Origin: Felis catus
Lineage: Eukaryota
Assembly: GCF_018350175.1 (NCBI RefSeq)
Contig: NC_058382.1
Coordinates: 57,042,001-57,106,000, forward strand
Direction: 5' to 3'
Length of the DNA: 64,000 nt
The notes under the pieces are model-generated. The model was not told the origin of the DNA. It was given only the letters and a program-made list of their open reading frames with translations, and did not search any database. Position 1 is the stretch's first letter; the number at the start of each line of letters is the position of its first letter. Of this stretch, positions 61,101-64,000 are shown in pieces. The position numbers were made by a program, and so were the translations under genes.

Positions 61101-62546
61101 GTGAGTGACCTGCTTGATTCAGGTGGGGGGCCGTACGTGCATGAGGCCGGGCGAGGAGCGGCCGCAGAACCGCGGGGAGGGTGGTCTGCGGGGGGCATCG
61201 GCTGGAGCCGAGACCTGGGGACATAGCAGCGCCTCGAGCGGCCCGGTTGTGACGACAGGAAAGGACTGGGGGCTGGTAGGGACCGTGTCGGAGATGCTCG
61301 AGCCGAAGGCAGAGCCGGTCAGGTCTCCTTTGTGTGAAGGAGGGGAGAGTGGGGACGGGTGCGGCCAGGAGAGGCCCCGCAGTCCGGGTGGGTCTTTGAG
61401 TGACCTGGGCTCTGGAGCTGGGCTGATGGGACCAGCTAGTGGCTGGGATGGGGGGAGGGGAGGAGAGGCCATAAGGCCGAACCGACAGGATGGTGCTGGG
61501 GGCCAAGCAGGAAGGTCAGGAGGCGGCCAGCAGTGTTGGTGGGGGCGTCGTACGGGTCCTTCCGGGCCACGCTAGGACGGCAGGCGAGGTGCAGTCGTGC
61601 AGGTGGGCGATCGCGAGCTCATGGTGGGGGGAGAACATGGGAGGAGGGGGGAGCAGGACGCTGAGGGGCTTCTTGCCTTTGGGATGACTGTCGTCCCTGC
61701 ACCCCGTGCCTGCCCGCCCATGGGGGCGCCCCAATGCATGCCGTGTGCTGTCGGCCAGCCAAATACGGTCCCCGGGGTCGCTTTCATCCCCCAGTAACCA
61801 AATGCAGATAGTCCCCATTGCCCCCGTGACCTTTGTCAAGCGGCACAAAGGGCCCTGGGTTCTGACTGGCAGGTGACATGCATCTGGGGGGGGGGTGGGG
61901 GGGGCGGAGGGGGAGACCCGATCCAGGTGTGGTTGGAGGCTGGAGCTAGTGAACTAATGATGCCATTAGCAGTCCTGCTTCCCGGCTCCTGTCTGGTGAA
62001 ACATGGAATTATCTGGAATTACACGGCGATCGGCAGAGAGCTCTCCTCCTGGAGGCTCAGGCTGTGTTCTGAGTGGGGGGCAGGTCAGGCCAGGGTTAGA
62101 GAGGAAGGAACCCAACCCCCCAGGCCAGCCGCCTTCTCACTGGGGGAGTCCCTTCCCTCCTCTCCCAGGCCTGGGAGGGGCCTGGCAGCACACAGGTCAT
62201 GGTCACACAGGAAGGGACGGGTGCCTGGCCTTCTCCGCCCCGTTGCTGGGTCAATTTCAAGTCACAGAGTTTTAAGGATTAAATGAAACAATTACAGAGA
62301 AGGCAGGAGGAGGAAGATGTTTTTATTTTGAAAGGTGGGGTTTTTAAATGGCAGTAAGGCCTTTTCAAGTGTTGTTTCGTTGTGATTTGTCCAGTGAGTA
62401 TTTCCTGGCCACCTTCCGGGACCGGGCCTGGCATCAGGTGGCAGGGATCCTCACTGAACACACCGGAGGGCCAGTGCTGGGGGCCCCTCCCACCTCTGCC
62501 AGGCTCTTGGGGGGCAGCCCTCCAGTTGGAGCCTCTCTCTCCCCAG

Positions 62547-62624
62547 CATCGCGGCAGTGAGGCTGGCCGATGGCCTCACCTTCGTGGTCTATGAGTTCTG
62601 GGAGACGGAGGAAGAGTGGAGGAG
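62547..62624 (+). CDS. NECAB2: NECAB2 exon 11 ([26 protein letters not shown])
   Basis: ccccag acceptor, AG|GTGAGT donor, 78 nt; ABM YE-W motif. Confidence 0.95.
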
Positions 62625-63056
62625 GTGAGTGGTCTGCCCCAGCCTCCTTGTGGGGGAGGGAGGGCAGGGCACCAAGGGTCCCTGGCTCCTCGGGCCTCCA
62701 GCTGCAGAGTGCTGGCCTCACAGGGGCCCTGAACGCCTCTATCTCCAGCTGGAGGGACCCCCTTCCCCCCAGCTGGGCTCTGAACCCGGGTTCCTGGCCC
62801 ACCCTGGTGGCCGAGGCTGCTCGCGTTTGCTACCTGCTGCCTCCATGGCTAAAACTCCAGAAAGGACCTGGCTGTCCTCCCCACCAACCAACCACTGGCT
62901 GTTCCAAGGTCAGAGCTATCAGCCTCCCCTCCCCCCAGGGCTGAAAGCACCGAGCCGGGCTGCCTGGGCAGGGGCAGCACCCCCCCTCCGTCTCTGGCAG
63001 GGCCCCCTCGCGAGCTCCCGGGCTGGAGGCTCAACCCCCCATCCCCCGACTCACAG

Positions 63057-63148
63057 GCACCTGCAGAGCCCCGTGTGCAAGGCCTTCCGGCACGTCAAGG
63101 TGGACACACTGAGTCAGCCTGAGGCCTTCTCCCGGATCTTGGTGCCAG
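63057..63148 (+). CDS. NECAB2: NECAB2 exon 12 ([31 protein letters not shown])
   Basis: tcacag acceptor, G|GTACAG donor, 92 nt. Confidence 0.95.
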
Positions 63149-63489
63149 GTACAGGGAAGCTGGGTGTGCAGGGGGTCCTAGAGAGGAGGGAGACCCAGGG
63201 CCGGAGTGTTAGGCCAGCCCTTGAACACGAAGGGCAGGGCTACCACCTCTAGGAGTGGGAGAGTCGGCTGCAAGGAGAGGGCAGAGTGTCAGGGTGGCTC
63301 TAGGTGCCCCCCCCCGTACCCCTAACTCCCTCCCCCCAGACATTACTCCCCCCCCCTTGGAATTGGCTCCTAGGGCCCCCAGCGAGCACCTCCCCACAAG
63401 CTGGACATGTGCTTCCCACCCTGGCCGTGGTCCCCTTGGGGAAGGAGGCCACCTGCTCTGCCTCAGTGTCTTCCCCCTGCCCTTCCCAG

Positions 63490-63518
63490 CTGCTTGGTGC
63501 ACCTTGGGCCGTGACTGA
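63490..63518 (+). CDS. NECAB2: NECAB2 exon 13 coding part (AWCTLGRD*); spliced protein 394 aa
   Basis: ttcccag acceptor, TGA at 63516-63518; spliced CDS 1185 nt in frame. Confidence 0.93.
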
Positions 63519-63925
63519 CCACCTCCCGGAGGCCTTCGGATGAACCTGCCCCCCGTTTTCTAGAAACTTTGGTACACACACCGTCTTTTCACTGTACTTC
63601 CAGACAAGAATGTAGTTCCCTGCTGTGTGAAGTGAAGGAGAACCCCCTGCCGTGCCCCCAGACCCCCCCCCCCCACTCCCCCACCCCCATCGGCAGAGCA
63701 GCCGCAGAGCTGCCGGACCCCTGCTGGAGCCAGAGGGCAGCGGGGAGAGGGAGGCCTCCTGGAACCCCCACCCCAGTGGCCGCGCATGACCCTCCCCTCC
63801 GCTGGCCACTGCCTTAGCGTCCTGGTAGGAGCCGAGACCTTGTAGTGCCCAACCTAGGCCTGTGCCCGGGCCGCACAGGACAGTAGAGCCCACGTAGCCC
63901 GTGCCGTGCTCGGCCGTCAGGCCCC

Positions 63926-63931
63926 AATAAA
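63926..63931 (+). terminator. NECAB2: NECAB2 poly(A) signal AATAAA
   Basis: Canonical hexamer ~410 nt after the stop, followed by GU-rich gtgctgtgttttt. Confidence 0.85.
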
Positions 63932-64000
63932 CTCTGGTCGGGAACGGCCGCGTGCTGTGTTTTCCTTCCGCGGGTTCTAGTGACGGCAGCTAGAGGCGTG

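Noticed and set aside
1..64000. CRISPR arrays, operons or other prokaryotic systems
   Set aside because: Sequence is mammalian; the repeats are SINEs and microsatellites, not repeat-spacer arrays

Overview
Mammalian genomic DNA from a felid: the feline-type CAN-SINEs and an L1 3' terminus point to cat, and the gene order matches human 16q23.3. The window is GC/CpG-rich and holds two complete + strand genes that I could splice by hand with GT-AG junctions and consistent phases. OSGIN1 (OKL38) has a non-coding exon 1 ending at 22817 and five coding exons from 26427 to 32725 (478 aa, FAD/NAD(P)H oxidoreductase fold). NECAB2 has 13 coding exons from 34549 to 63518 (394 aa, EF-hands plus ABM domain). 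The first ~22 kb is non-coding: old MLT1, MER21, MER63, MER5A, L2 and L1M remnants plus an orphan CpG island. NECAB2 intron 5 contains an AT-rich island with about 15 CAN-SINEs. Almost all ORFs in the supplied track are GC-content artefacts. I see no proven new biological system. The best testable leads are: (i) skipping both NECAB2 micro-exons would restore the frame through a stop-free alternative reading of exon 3, (ii) a promoter-like RFX/NF-Y/GC-box island in NECAB2 intron 8, upstream of a possible ABM-only ORF, and (iii) a tiny L1 tail placing sense poly(A) signals just after the first coding exon of OSGIN1. Repeat family names and human comparisons are from memory and need RepeatMasker or alignment confirmation.
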